A stretch of DNA of 55,717 nucleotides from Kofleriaceae bacterium (lineage in GTDB: Bacteria > Myxococcota_A > Polyangia > Haliangiales > Haliangiaceae). The notes under the pieces were generated by a model, which had not been told where the DNA came from, ran no database searches, and saw only the letters and a program-made list of their open reading frames with translations. A program made the translations under genes and the position numbers. Positions 19,344 to 30,165 of the stretch are shown piece by piece (the first letter of the stretch is position 1; every line of letters starts with the position of its first letter). The stretch covers positions 1 to 55,717 of the forward strand of contig JBKJLC010000004.1 in NCBI GenBank assembly GCA_046597055.1. Reading direction: 5' to 3'.

Positions 19344-20638
19344 GACGGCTCGCCCGGCGCGGTCGGGGTCGGGGCCGCGGTCGCGGTCAGCGCGATGCGG
19401 ACGCAGGTGCCGCCGCCAGCGCGGGTGGCGGCCGTGACCTGGCCGCCGTGGGCCTCGACGATCGCCCGCACCAGGGCGAGACCGAGGCCGGCGCCGGGTG
19501 CGCTCGAGGCCCGGAAGAACTTCTCGAACACCCGCTCTTCGTCGCCGGGCGGCAGGCCGGCGCCGCGGTCGGCGACCTCGATCACGACCTGGTCGCGCTC
19601 GCGCGCGGCCCGGATCGTCAGCGGCGGCGCGCCGTGCTTGAGCGCGTTCTCGACCAGGTTGATGAGCACCTGCTCGAACAAGATCGGATCGACCGGCGCC
19701 GACAGCTCGGCGGGCACCTCGAGCTCGACCACCCGGTCGCCGATCACGTGATCGAGCCGGGTCAGGGCGCCACCGACCAGCTCCTCGACCGGCACCCATT
19801 CGCGCGCGGGCGCCAGCCCGCTCTCGACCCGGGTCAGCCCGAGCAGGTTGCGCAGCATGCGCTCGAGGCGGTCGGCCTCGGCGACGATGGTGTCGAGCAG
19901 CTCGTCGCGGGTCGTGGCCGGGACCTCGACCCCGCGGTCGCGCAGGGTGGTGGCGGCGCCGGTGATCACGGCCAGCGGCGTCCGCAGGTCGTGCGACACG
20001 CCCGACAGCAGCGTGCTGCGCACCTCCTCGGTGTGCGCGCGCAGCGCGGCCTGCTGGGCCAGCGCCTGCTGCCGGCGCAGCCGCTCGGTGAGCGTGCTGA
20101 TCGCGAGCCCCGACAGGAACATCGCGGCGAAGGTGACCCCGTGGCGAGTGTCGTTGACGACGAACGTGAAGCGCGGCGGGACGAAGCAGAAGTCGAACGC
20201 CGCGACCGCCAGCGTCGCAGCCAGCAGCGCTGGCCCGCGGCCGGCCAGCGACGCCAGCATCACCGCCGGCAGGTAGAGCATGCCGAGATCGGCCAGCGCG
20301 AGCTGCCGGGCGATGACCAGGCCGATCGCCGTCGTGAGCGCGATGACGGCGACCGCCGTGGCGTAGCCCCACCACCGCGGCATCGGACGGACGACGACGA
20401 TCGCGGCGGGGACGACCCGGGGACGGAGCCCGCGGCGCACCGCCCCGGCGAGCCCGAGCAGGAGCAACAACCCGGCGACGGTCACCTCGGCGCCAAACGG
20501 CTCGCCCAGCGCCAGCGCCACGATGATCCGGACGCCGCCGATCAGGATCAGCGCGGCGTGAACGACCGGCTCGTCGTCGAGATCGTCTGCTGCGGTCGCC
20601 GGCTGGACGATGATGCGATCGGAGGGAGGCACGTCCAT
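19340..20638 (-). CDS. kdpD: Truncated KdpD-like sensor histidine kinase (DUF4118 TM module + HisKA + HATPase)
   Basis: AFDFCFVPPRFTF (DUF4118), SHDLRTPL, NLVENALKH, GLGLA. Lacks the large cytoplasmic N-terminal KdpD/USP and GAF regions. Confidence 0.85.
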   Translation of the reverse strand: MDVPPSDRIIVQPATAADDLDDEPVVHAALILIGGVRIIVALALGEPFGAEVTVAGLLLLLGLAGAVRRGLRPRVVPAAIVVVRPMPRWWGYATAVAVIALTTAIGLVIARQLALADLGMLYLPAVMLASLAGRGPALLAATLAVAAFDFCFVPPRFTFVVNDTRHGVTFAAMFLSGLAISTLTERLRRQQALAQQAALRAHTEEVRSTLLSGVSHDLRTPLAVITGAATTLRDRGVEVPATTRDELLDTIVAEADRLERMLRNLLGLTRVESGLAPAREWVPVEELVGGALTRLDHVIGDRVVELEVPAELSAPVDPILFEQVLINLVENALKHGAPPLTIRAARERDQVVIEVADRGAGLPPGDEERVFEKFFRASSAPGAGLGLALVRAIVEAHGGQVTAATRAGGGTCVRIALTATAAPTPTAPGEPS

Positions 20639-20639
20639 G

Positions 20640-20672
20640 AGCTACCGCCTCGCAGATCAGGAAGCCGTCAAG
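20640..20672 (-). promoter_or_regulatory. Putative KdpE-type direct-repeat operator and -10 element upstream of kdpD
   Basis: Minus strand CTTGACggcttCCTGAT-N11-TAGCT, spacing identical to the kup site. Confidence 0.65.
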
Positions 20673-20760
20673 ATCGTCGCGGTCGGGGTGGCCGAGCCCC
20701 GCCGGGGCCGCAGCCAGCTCACCCGGCTCGGATCAGAATCAGCGCCGCCTCACCTGCGGC

Positions 20761-22953
20761 TCAGTCGATCTTCACGCGCGTCGAGCGGTTGATCTGCTTC
20801 ACCGTGACCTTGAACTGCCGGCGCGCTTCGCTGACGAGGTCGTAGACCTCGACCTGGTGGTCGCCCTTGGCCGCCGGGATCCGCTCGGTCGGGCACAGCT
20901 GGCCGGTGGCGGCTCCGTCGATGAAGACGTAGTAGCGCCCGCCGGTCTTGCACTTGACCTTGATGCCGCCGGCGCCCTTGAGCTCGGCAACCGGCGCGAG
21001 CCGGGCGTCATGCGCGCCATGACCATCGACCTCGGCGGTATGGAGCACGTACCCCGGCAGCACCACGGCGAGCCCGAGCCGATCGTTCGAGCCGGCCACC
21101 GTCACCGGGGTCTTGCCCAGCTCGGCGCCATCGACGAACACGCGCGCGCCCGCCGGGGTCGACGTGATCAACAGCTTGTCGGGAGCCGACGGCGCGACCT
21201 CGGGCGCGGCGTCGCGGGCCGCGGCGTCGGGCGCGGCTTCGACCGGGGCCGCATCGATCGGCGCCGCCACGGGTGCCCCGGCATCGACCGTCCGGGCCGT
21301 GACTCGGGCGGCATCGGCGGGCACCCCGGCGTCGATGGCCGGCGCCCGCGGCGCCGCATCCGCGACCGTGCCGGCGGCGGTGCCAGTCACCGCCGGGGCG
21401 GCCGGGGCCGCCGGGTCGGTGAGACGGTACGCGAGCAGGCCGGCCAGGCCGACCAGCGCCAGCGCGGCCGCGACCGCCATCGCCAGCGGCGCGCGCCAGC
21501 GGCGCGGCACCGCGCCGGTCTCGGCCGATGGATCGTAGCCGGCCGCGCTCGGCGGGTACGGCGGCGCGGCCCCGGCCGCGACCGGCGCGGGCGGCGGACG
21601 GTAGGGCGGTGGCTGGGACTCCCCCGGTCGTTGGAGCGGCGTGGCCGGCGGCGGGGATCCCTCGACGACGCTCGGCGGCGGCCGCACGGTCGGCACCTGC
21701 TCGGTCGGCGGCCACATCGGCTCGATGCGCGGCACGGTGTCGTCGCCGACCGACAGGTTGCTCTCGTCGATCATCACCTCGTCGGTGGTCAGGGTCTCGC
21801 GCGCGATGGTCGGCTGGTTGGTCGGGCTCTCGGTTTGCAGCCGCGGCATCGGCGGCGCGTTGTGGCGCAGGGTCGTGCCGCGCGGCGGCGCCGGCGGCGA
21901 CACCGAGACCGGCGGGGGCGTGCGCTGCATCCCGGCCGCGCCGCGCGGCACCGTCGACGGCGGCCGCAGCGGTAGCTGGGTCGGCTGGCCGGACCGGACC
22001 GGCGGCGAGGGGACCGCGAAGCTCAGCGCGCCCGACAGCTGCTGCTCGTTGATGCGCGCGATGTGCTCGAGCGCGGCCGTCACCTGCTCGCCGACGTCGC
22101 GCTTGCCACCGTCGAGCGGTGCCAGCCGCAGCGCGGCATCGAGCGCATCGGCGAGCGCCCGCGCGTCGGGGAAGCGCTCGAACGGCGACCGCGCCAGGCA
22201 CCGATCGAGCACCCGCGCGACCGGGCGCGGCAGATCGAGCGTCGGCGGCCGCGCCGACAGGATCGCGTGCTCGAGCTCGAGCGCGGTGGTGCCGGCGAAC
22301 GGCCGGGCGCCGGTGACCAGCTCGTACGCGATCACGCCGAGCGCGAACACGTCGGTGGCGGCCGCGACCGGATCGCCGACCAGCTGCTCGGGAGCGAGGT
22401 ACGACAACCGCGCGACCAGCGACGGATCGGTCGACGGCCGCGGCGGCAGCCGACAGGCGAGGATGCCGACGTCGGTGATCTTCACGTCGCCGTCGGGAGT
22501 CGCGATCACGTTGGTGGGGGCCAGTCCAAGGTGGGCGACGCCGCGGCCGTGGGCGTAGCCGATCGCGCGGGCCGCCGCCGAGATCATCCCGAGCGCGGCC
22601 CCGGCCGACAGCGGCGACCCGGTCTCGCTCGACATCGCCAGCAGCCGGGCCAGGTCGAGCCCGGTCACCAGCTCGGTGGCGGTGAAGGTCTCACCGCCGG
22701 CCACGCCGAGCTCGGCAAGCCGCGCGATCCGCGGATGGTCGAGCCCGCCGTACGTGCGCGCCGCCTGCGACAGCTTGGCGGAGACGCCCGCCGCCTGGGT
22801 CACCGCCGGGAAGAAGCGCTTGACCGCGAGCTGCCGCTCCATCCCCGCCACGCCCACGACCTTGGCGCGAAAGACCTCGCCGTTCGGGCCGCCTCCCAGC
22901 GGCTCGACGAGGTGATACCGGCCAACGCGCCGGCCCGGAGTGGTGGCGGCCAC
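20761..22953 (-). CDS. Membrane Ser/Thr pseudokinase with C-terminal PEGA-like domain
   Basis: Kinase fold (LAVK, YLAPEQ, TDVFALG) but HRD is HLG and DFG is DVG. TM helix; ITSTPAGARVFVDGAELGKTP (PEGA). Confidence 0.85.
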   Translation of the reverse strand: MAATTPGRRVGRYHLVEPLGGGPNGEVFRAKVVGVAGMERQLAVKRFFPAVTQAAGVSAKLSQAARTYGGLDHPRIARLAELGVAGGETFTATELVTGLDLARLLAMSSETGSPLSAGAALGMISAAARAIGYAHGRGVAHLGLAPTNVIATPDGDVKITDVGILACRLPPRPSTDPSLVARLSYLAPEQLVGDPVAAATDVFALGVIAYELVTGARPFAGTTALELEHAILSARPPTLDLPRPVARVLDRCLARSPFERFPDARALADALDAALRLAPLDGGKRDVGEQVTAALEHIARINEQQLSGALSFAVPSPPVRSGQPTQLPLRPPSTVPRGAAGMQRTPPPVSVSPPAPPRGTTLRHNAPPMPRLQTESPTNQPTIARETLTTDEVMIDESNLSVGDDTVPRIEPMWPPTEQVPTVRPPPSVVEGSPPPATPLQRPGESQPPPYRPPPAPVAAGAAPPYPPSAAGYDPSAETGAVPRRWRAPLAMAVAAALALVGLAGLLAYRLTDPAAPAAPAVTGTAAGTVADAAPRAPAIDAGVPADAARVTARTVDAGAPVAAPIDAAPVEAAPDAAARDAAPEVAPSAPDKLLITSTPAGARVFVDGAELGKTPVTVAGSNDRLGLAVVLPGYVLHTAEVDGHGAHDARLAPVAELKGAGGIKVKCKTGGRYYVFIDGAATGQLCPTERIPAAKGDHQVEVYDLVSEARRQFKVTVKQINRSTRVKID

Positions 22954-23032
22954 AGTGGTGTCAATCTACCAGGTTAGGCGCCGGTCAATCGAAAAGTGGC
23001 CCGGTTCCGCGAAGGCTGGCACTGGTGGAGCC

Positions 23033-23554
23033 ATGGGGAAGACACCCGCGACATCGCGCAAAGCGTTGACGAAGTCCGCGCCCTACCAGCGATCGGCCAG
23101 CTCCGAGGCGGTCGCCCCGGTTCCTGTGGTCGTACCGGAGCCGGCCCCGGTGGCGGCGGCCCCGACCCCGGTCCCTGTTGCGCTCCCGGCGCCGGTCGCG
23201 GCCCCGGCGCTCGCTGACTTCGACCTCCTCGCGATCGCCCGAACCTCGCTCGCGTTCTGCGACGCAGCGCTCGGCACCTTGCCCGCGCCCGCCGACATCA
23301 CCGCAGGTGACCCCACCACGCCCGAGCCGCCGCCGGGCCTGGTCCCGCCCGGTGACTCGCGCTCGCTGCGCCAGGCCGACCAGTTCGCGCTGGTCTATCG
23401 CCATGGTGCGGCGGTGATCACCCGGAAGGGTCAGATCGGGCAGCGCGGCAGCTGGCGGGTGATCGATTACCCGAGCCCGATCCAGGCAGCCAACGCATAC
23501 GCCGCGGAATGTTCTAGACTGCTCGGGATGGGCTTCGCCGACCTCGCCGGCTAG
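23033..23554 (+). CDS. Hypothetical protein with WGR-like C-terminal domain
   Basis: GGAG RBS. VITRKGQIGQRGSWRVIDYPSPIQAANAY...LLGMGF follows the WGR pattern with WGR replaced by KGQ. Confidence 0.6.
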   Translation: MGKTPATSRKALTKSAPYQRSASSEAVAPVPVVVPEPAPVAAAPTPVPVALPAPVAAPALADFDLLAIARTSLAFCDAALGTLPAPADITAGDPTTPEPPPGLVPPGDSRSLRQADQFALVYRHGAAVITRKGQIGQRGSWRVIDYPSPIQAANAYAAECSRLLGMGFADLAG

Positions 23555-23571
23555 CGCCCGTCCCCCGCCGC

Positions 23572-24585
23572 ATGAGCAAACCAGACGAGCTGTCGCGCCG
23601 CGGTCCTCCGGGCCCGCTGTCCAACCTGCGTTCGGCCGTGGCCGCGACCTGGCGACAGTCGCGGTGGCTCGGACGCTGGCTGGTGCGCGGTCCGTCGCGC
23701 TGGCTCGGTCGGCGCAGCTCGGTCGGCCAGGATCTCGCCGGCACCACCGACGGGCTCGCATACCTGCGCGGGCTCGCGCGGGGCAACCGGGTCCGTCGCC
23801 AGTCGTCGTTCGAGAACCTCGATAGCGCGTCGCCGCCGGTCCTCCTGATCCACGGCTTTCTCGGCACCCGCGGCTCGATGTACCTGCTCGAGCGCCGCCT
23901 GCAACAAGACGGCTTCGTCGTCGTCTCGTTCAACATCGGCGCGCTCAACACCCGCGACATCCGGCGGTCGGCATTCCTCATCCACCGCAAGATCGAGCGG
24001 CTGCTCGCCCAGACCCCGTGGCAGAAGATCGACATCATCGGTCACTCGATGGGCGGGCTGATCGGCCTCTATTACGCCAAGAAGCTCGGCGGTCACAACC
24101 GGGTCCGCAAGCTGGTGATGATGGGTACCCCGCTCAACGGGACCTGGACCGCGCTGGCGGGAGTCGCCACCCTGGGCCTGTGGTCGAGCTCGTGCTGGCA
24201 GCTGCTACCCCGGAGCCGGTTCCTCGACGAGCTGGCCCAGGGTCCGATTCCGGGGGACGTCGAGGTCCACACCCTGGCCGCGGCCCGCGACTGGGTGGTG
24301 CCCCTGCGTCGTGCCCACCAGCCGGGCATCCCCCACATCACCGTGCCGCTCGGACATTCGAGCCTGGTGGTCGCCGAGGACGTCTACCGACGGCTCGCCG
24401 CCATCCTGCGCCCGCTGGCAGTGGTCACCGGGGCGACCGCCGAGGAGATCGCCGCCGATCCGCTCGGTGACGAGCCGCCGCTCCGCCCGTCGGCCGGCGA
24501 ACCGACCGCGCTCGGCGACCCCGACACCGCGGAAGACGATATCGGAGCCGAGCACGCGCCCGCCCGCCCGCGGAAGGCTCGGTGA
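23572..24585 (+). CDS. Alpha/beta hydrolase (lipase/esterase)
   Basis: PVLLIHGF, GHSMGG nucleophile elbow, GTPLNGT, DWVV, GH. Confidence 0.9.
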   Translation: MSKPDELSRRGPPGPLSNLRSAVAATWRQSRWLGRWLVRGPSRWLGRRSSVGQDLAGTTDGLAYLRGLARGNRVRRQSSFENLDSASPPVLLIHGFLGTRGSMYLLERRLQQDGFVVVSFNIGALNTRDIRRSAFLIHRKIERLLAQTPWQKIDIIGHSMGGLIGLYYAKKLGGHNRVRKLVMMGTPLNGTWTALAGVATLGLWSSSCWQLLPRSRFLDELAQGPIPGDVEVHTLAAARDWVVPLRRAHQPGIPHITVPLGHSSLVVAEDVYRRLAAILRPLAVVTGATAEEIAADPLGDEPPLRPSAGEPTALGDPDTAEDDIGAEHAPARPRKAR

Positions 24586-24717
24586 GCGCGTGCGCCCGAT
24601 GATGGGTCGGCCAACTTGCGCGGAGGCTTCGGCTCGCTCTACACTTTTTCGTCGGTTGAGCGCTACCCAACCTCCCGCAACAACGTATCGCCCGTGGCCT
24701 TCACCCAACCGTCGAGC

Positions 24718-25650
<933 letters not shown>

Positions 25651-25659
25651 GCCACGCGC

Positions 25660-25790
25660 TCGAGAGCGCGAAGTCGAAGGGCAGACTTCCAGGGTTGTGG
25701 CCCCCGCGCTTCGACGGGCTGGCCCTTCGACTCCGGGCTCGCAACGAGCCCTTCGCTCAGGGACACCGGAAAGATGTGCGGGATCCTGGG
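25660..25790 (-). repeat. Dispersed copy of the REP-like element
   Basis: Reverse complement CAGGATCCCGCACATCTTTCCGGTGTCCCTGAGCGAAGGGCTCGTTGCGAGCCCGGAGTCGAAGGGCCAGCCCGTCGAAG aligns with 928-1009 and 363-415. Lies between convergent genes. Confidence 0.85.
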
Positions 25791-25791
25791 C

Positions 25792-26570
25792 TCACCGCGG
25801 GCCCCGAGCGCGTACAGCCAGTGATCGTTCGACCCGAGCAGCACGCGCTCGCCCGCGATCACCGGCGCGGTGTCGTTGTCGGCGCCGGCCGAGGTCGCGC
25901 CGCGGTCGACCGTGCGGCCTCCGACGAACCCGCGCACCTGGCCGTCGCGGGTCGCCACCACGATCGCCGCGCCACCCGCGGCCGGCGCGCCGTAGCAGCG
26001 ATCGCCGAGCGCGATCCGCGCCTGCTCGCGGCCGGTGGCCGGCGCGAGCGCGACCAGCGCCGCGCCGTTGCACAGCCACACCACGCCGTCGACCGCGGTC
26101 GCCGCGCCGAACCCGCCCTCGGCCACCGCGCGCCGCCACCGCACCGCCAGGTCGCGGGCGCCGAGCCCGACCAGCTCGCCGCCCTGCCGTCGGCGCACCC
26201 CGACCACGATCACGTCGCCGGCGGCCGCCGGGGTCGCCCACACGTCGCCGCCGCCCAGCGCGGCCCGGGCGCGCTCGGCGCCGGTGGCCGCATCGAGCAG
26301 CACGACCACGCCGGTCCGGGTCGCGATCAGCACGCCGCCGGCCAGCACCAGCGGCGACGCGTCGATGCGCGCGCCGAGCTCCGCGCGCCACGCGATCCGC
26401 CAGGCCGGGGTCGGCGCGGCCGGACGATCGCCGCCGTGCGCGGCGTCACCCCGGAACATCGGCCACGCATGCCCCGGGCGATCGCCGGCAATGGGCGCAC
26501 CACCGACCGCCGCACCGCGGCACGCCGCCGCCACGAGGACCACGGTGGCGAGGACTCCGACAGGTCGCAT
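25792..26570 (-). CDS. PQQ-like beta-propeller lipoprotein (true stop probably at 25792 after a 1-nt frameshift)
   Basis: VAAAC lipobox, WPMFRGDAAHGG, repeated xxSP/TP blades, GSNDHWLYAL. As sequenced it reads through the repeat to 25575. Confidence 0.75.
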
Positions 26571-26659
26571 CTGCACCAGCATCACTGTAGGTGCGATCGA
26601 CGCCACACGGCGCGTCGGCGGTTGAACCCGGAGGGTCGGCAACGGTACATTGGCACCTC

Positions 26660-27307
26660 GTGCGCCGCGCCTGCCTCACTGCCGGCGCGCTCGGGGTTGG
26701 TCTCGCGGGGGCGAGCGGCTGCGAGCGCGAGATGGCCCCTGCGATCTGCCCGGACGTCGCGGTCGGCGAGCTCGTGATCACGGAGCTGCGCGGCCCCCAG
26801 GCCGGGGCCGCGCTCGACACCGGCGGCCAGTGGATCGAGCTGCACAACGGGTCAGGCGCCGACCTCGACCTGCTCGGGCTGCAGCTGCGGCCCCGCACGC
26901 TCGGCGGCGACCGCCAGCCGCGCATCATCGTGCGCACCTCGCTGGTGGTCGCGGCCGGCGATTACGTCGTCCTCGGCGGCGTGGACGACCTCGAGGCACC
27001 CCCGGCGACCCTCGACTACAACTGGTATCCGGACTTCACGTCGGACGATCGCGACAGCGACAGCCGGCTCGACGCGAGCGATCTGTTCGACGTGGGCGCG
27101 CTCGACGTCGAGGCCTGCGGGGTCCGCATCGACCGCATCGTCTATCCCGATCTGCCCGGCAGCGGCACCTACGCGTTCGGCCCGGCCCCCGACGCCACCG
27201 GCAACGACACCACCACCGCGTGGTGCACCGACGTCACCGACGACGCCGATGCCACCACCGTCGGGCTGCCCGGGACGCCGGGCGCCGCCAACCGTCCATG
27301 CCCATGA
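26660..27307 (+). CDS. Lamin-tail-domain lipoprotein
   Basis: ASGC lipobox. GELVITEL...QWIELHNGSGADLDLLG...GDYVVLG...GTPGAANRPC. Stop overlaps the next ATG (ATGA). Confidence 0.85.
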   Translation: MRRACLTAGALGVGLAGASGCEREMAPAICPDVAVGELVITELRGPQAGAALDTGGQWIELHNGSGADLDLLGLQLRPRTLGGDRQPRIIVRTSLVVAAGDYVVLGGVDDLEAPPATLDYNWYPDFTSDDRDSDSRLDASDLFDVGALDVEACGVRIDRIVYPDLPGSGTYAFGPAPDATGNDTTTAWCTDVTDDADATTVGLPGTPGAANRPCP

Positions 27308-28413
27308 CTTCGCTCGGTCGCCTGGTCCTGACCGCGATGGCGACGCTCGCGCTGGTCGCGTCGTGCGGCCCGCGCTCGTCGTCGCGCTACCAGCGCCAGG
27401 CCGCGCAGGCGTCGCTCAAGAAGCTGGGCACGCCGGGCCTGGTGATCGGCGAGTTCAACCTCAGCCGGATCGTCGACGGCGACACCATCCGGGTCGACGG
27501 GCTCGACAGCTCGCTGCGCCTGGTCAGCCTCGACACCGAGGAGACCTTCAAGAACGACGACGATCGGCGCCAGTCCGACGCCGACTTCGCCGGCTACCTC
27601 GTGCGCAAGCGCGGCGAGGGCAAGCGCCCGACCAAGGCGGCGACGCCCATGGGCGATGCCGCCAAGGAGTACGCCAAGCAGTTCTTCAAGGGCGTGACCC
27701 GGGTCCGGCTCGAGCGCGACGATCCCCGCGAGATCCGCGACCGCTACGACCGCTACCTCGCCTACGTGTTCGTCGAGAAGCACGGCCAGTGGGTCAACTT
27801 CAACGTCGAGTGCGTGCGCGCCGGCATGTCGCCGTACTTCACCAAGTACGGCCACTCGCGCCGCTTCCACGACGAGCTGATCGCCGCCGCCGCCGAGGCG
27901 CGCGCCGCCCGCCGCGGCATCTGGGACCCGGCCCTGCCCCACTACCCCGACTACGACGAGCGCCAGGCCTGGTGGGACGCGCGCGGCGCGTTCATCGCCA
28001 GGTACCAGCGCCAGATCGACGCCGATCCCTCGTTCATCGTGCTCACCCACTGGGACGCGCTCCGCCGGATCGAGGAGCGGGTCGGCCAGGAGGTGTCGAT
28101 CCTCGCGACCGTCGGCGACATCCGCCTCGGCGACCGCGGGCCGACCCGGGTCGCGCTGTCGCGCAAGATGTTCGGCGACTTCCCGCTGGTGTTCTTCGAC
28201 AAGGACGTCTTCGCCAGCTCCGGCATCGGCCAGTGGAAGAGCGAGTTCGTGGTGGCCAAGGGTGTGATCACCGTCTATCAGAACAAGCACACCAAGAAGA
28301 AGCAGTTCCAGATCGTCGTCGACCGCCCTGGCCAGATCGTGCTGTCGCCGGTCCCCGGGCTCGCGCCGCCCGACGCCGAGCTCCCCGCCGCCGACGGCGC
28401 CGCCGCGCCGTAA
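27304..28413 (+). CDS. Thermonuclease (SNase-family) lipoprotein with extra C-terminal beta-rich (OB-fold-like) domain
   Basis: VASC lipobox. IVDGDT, LRLVSLDTEE, DRYDRYLAYV, ARAARRGIW retain the SNase catalytic residues. Confidence 0.9.
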   Translation: MTSLGRLVLTAMATLALVASCGPRSSSRYQRQAAQASLKKLGTPGLVIGEFNLSRIVDGDTIRVDGLDSSLRLVSLDTEETFKNDDDRRQSDADFAGYLVRKRGEGKRPTKAATPMGDAAKEYAKQFFKGVTRVRLERDDPREIRDRYDRYLAYVFVEKHGQWVNFNVECVRAGMSPYFTKYGHSRRFHDELIAAAAEARAARRGIWDPALPHYPDYDERQAWWDARGAFIARYQRQIDADPSFIVLTHWDALRRIEERVGQEVSILATVGDIRLGDRGPTRVALSRKMFGDFPLVFFDKDVFASSGIGQWKSEFVVAKGVITVYQNKHTKKKQFQIVVDRPGQIVLSPVPGLAPPDAELPAADGAAAP

Positions 28414-28425
28414 GAGGACGTTGCC

Positions 28426-30165
28426 ATGCCCAGACTCGATCCCCTGCTCCTCGCGGCCGCCAGCGCCGCGCTCGGTCTGGGCGCCGCCGCCTGCGGACCG
28501 GGCGACGACGACACCACCTGCGCCGGCATCTTGCCCGGCGAGCTGGTGGTCACCGAGGTGCTCGCCGACTTCGGCGCGCCCACCGGCACCAGCGGCGCCG
28601 ACGAAGGTCGCGAGTGGTTCGAGGTCTACAACGCGTCGTCGCGCCCGCTCGAGCTCGAGGGCGTGGTCCTCGAGCACGGCCGCCCCGACGCGACCCCCGA
28701 CGCGATCAAGCGCCACCCGCTCCGCGCGGCGACGGTCGAGCCCGGCGGCTACCTGGTGCTCGGCAACGTGCTCCCCGACCTGGCCCCGGCCCACGTCGAC
28801 TACGGCTACGCTGGCGCGCTCGGCGATCTGTACAACACGGGCAGCGGCCGGCTCGGGCTGCGCTGCGGGACCACCCTGGTCGACGAGGCGAACTACCAGG
28901 AGCCGTCGGCCGGGCAGTCGCGCGCGCTCGACGGCGGCGCCGCCCCCGACTACCTGGCCAACGATCAGGCGACCAGCTGGTGCGAGACCGACGAGGTCGC
29001 GTCGTACGAGTACGAGCCCGGCAACTACGGCACGCCCGGCGGGGCCAACCCCGACTGCATGGTCGTCATCCCCGGCACCTGCGACGATGGCGGCACGATG
29101 CGGCCGTCGGTGCCGCCACAGATCGGCGACCTGGTCATCACCGAGGTGATGCCGAGCCCGGGCCTGGTCTCCGACACGATCGGCGAGTGGTTCGAGGTGC
29201 TGGCCACCCGCGACGTCGACCTCAACGGCGTGGGCCTGGCCCGCGGCACCGGCACGCCCAGCGTGATCACCGCGGCGTCGTGCCAGCGCGTGACCGCCGG
29301 CAGCTACCTGGTGTTCGCCAAGAACGCCGACATGACGATGAACGGCGGCGTGGCCGGGGTCGACGGCACCTTCACCTTCGACCTGGTCGCGGGCAGCGCG
29401 GCCAGCCCGGGCAACGTCCGTCTGCTGGTCGGCGCCACCGAGCTCGATACGATCTCGTGGACCAGCTCGCGCAACCTGCGCGCGCTGCAGCTCGACGCCG
29501 GCCTGACCACGCCGGCCGACAACGACCTGTCGACCAACCTGTGCGACGCGACCACCGCCTACAACCCGATGGACTTCGGCACCCCGGGCGCCGCCAACCT
29601 CGCGTGCGGCGTGGTGACCACCGGCATGTGTACCGACCCCGGCACCGGCACGCTGCGCCCGATCGTCAAGCCGACCACCGGCCAGCTCGTCATCAACGAG
29701 TGGCTGCCCAACACCGAGGGCGCGATCGTCACCGATGCCACCGGCGAGTGGATCGAGCTGCGCGCGACCGCCGCGGTCGACCTCAACGGCCTGCAGGCCG
29801 GGGTCGCGAGCCTGGGGGCGATGCCGCTCATCCCGGCCGGCGGCGACTGCGTGCGGCTCGCGGCCGGAGGCCTGGCGGTGCTCGCGCGCACGACCATGGG
29901 CAATGGTCTGCCGGCGGCGGTGACCCCGGCGGCCCTGTTCGGCTTCACCCTGCCCAACACCGGCGCCCGCACGCTGCTCGTCGGCGTCGACGGCGCGATG
30001 ATCGACAGCAAGAGCTGGACGGGCCTCGACACCGTCGCCGACAAGGGCCGCGCGTACCAGCTCGATAGCGACGGCACCCAGTGCGTGGTCCCGGCCGGTG
30101 CGAACGAGTACACGCCGTCGAACTTCGGCACGCCGGGCACCGCCAATACGCCCGAGTGTCCGTAG
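28426..30165 (+). CDS. Lipoprotein with three lamin-tail domains
   Basis: AAAC lipobox. Three repeats of G(E/D/Q)LV(V/I)(T/N)E...EW(F/I)E...(Y/F)GTPG.AN..C. Confidence 0.88.
   Translation: MPRLDPLLLAAASAALGLGAAACGPGDDDTTCAGILPGELVVTEVLADFGAPTGTSGADEGREWFEVYNASSRPLELEGVVLEHGRPDATPDAIKRHPLRAATVEPGGYLVLGNVLPDLAPAHVDYGYAGALGDLYNTGSGRLGLRCGTTLVDEANYQEPSAGQSRALDGGAAPDYLANDQATSWCETDEVASYEYEPGNYGTPGGANPDCMVVIPGTCDDGGTMRPSVPPQIGDLVITEVMPSPGLVSDTIGEWFEVLATRDVDLNGVGLARGTGTPSVITAASCQRVTAGSYLVFAKNADMTMNGGVAGVDGTFTFDLVAGSAASPGNVRLLVGATELDTISWTSSRNLRALQLDAGLTTPADNDLSTNLCDATTAYNPMDFGTPGAANLACGVVTTGMCTDPGTGTLRPIVKPTTGQLVINEWLPNTEGAIVTDATGEWIELRATAAVDLNGLQAGVASLGAMPLIPAGGDCVRLAAGGLAVLARTTMGNGLPAAVTPAALFGFTLPNTGARTLLVGVDGAMIDSKSWTGLDTVADKGRAYQLDSDGTQCVVPAGANEYTPSNFGTPGTANTPECP

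Noticed and set aside
26650..26666. Sigma54 promoter TGGCACCTCGTGCGC for the nuclease operon
   Set aside because: GG-N10-GC spacing fits, but the -12 element lacks the T and it overlaps the likely start codon.
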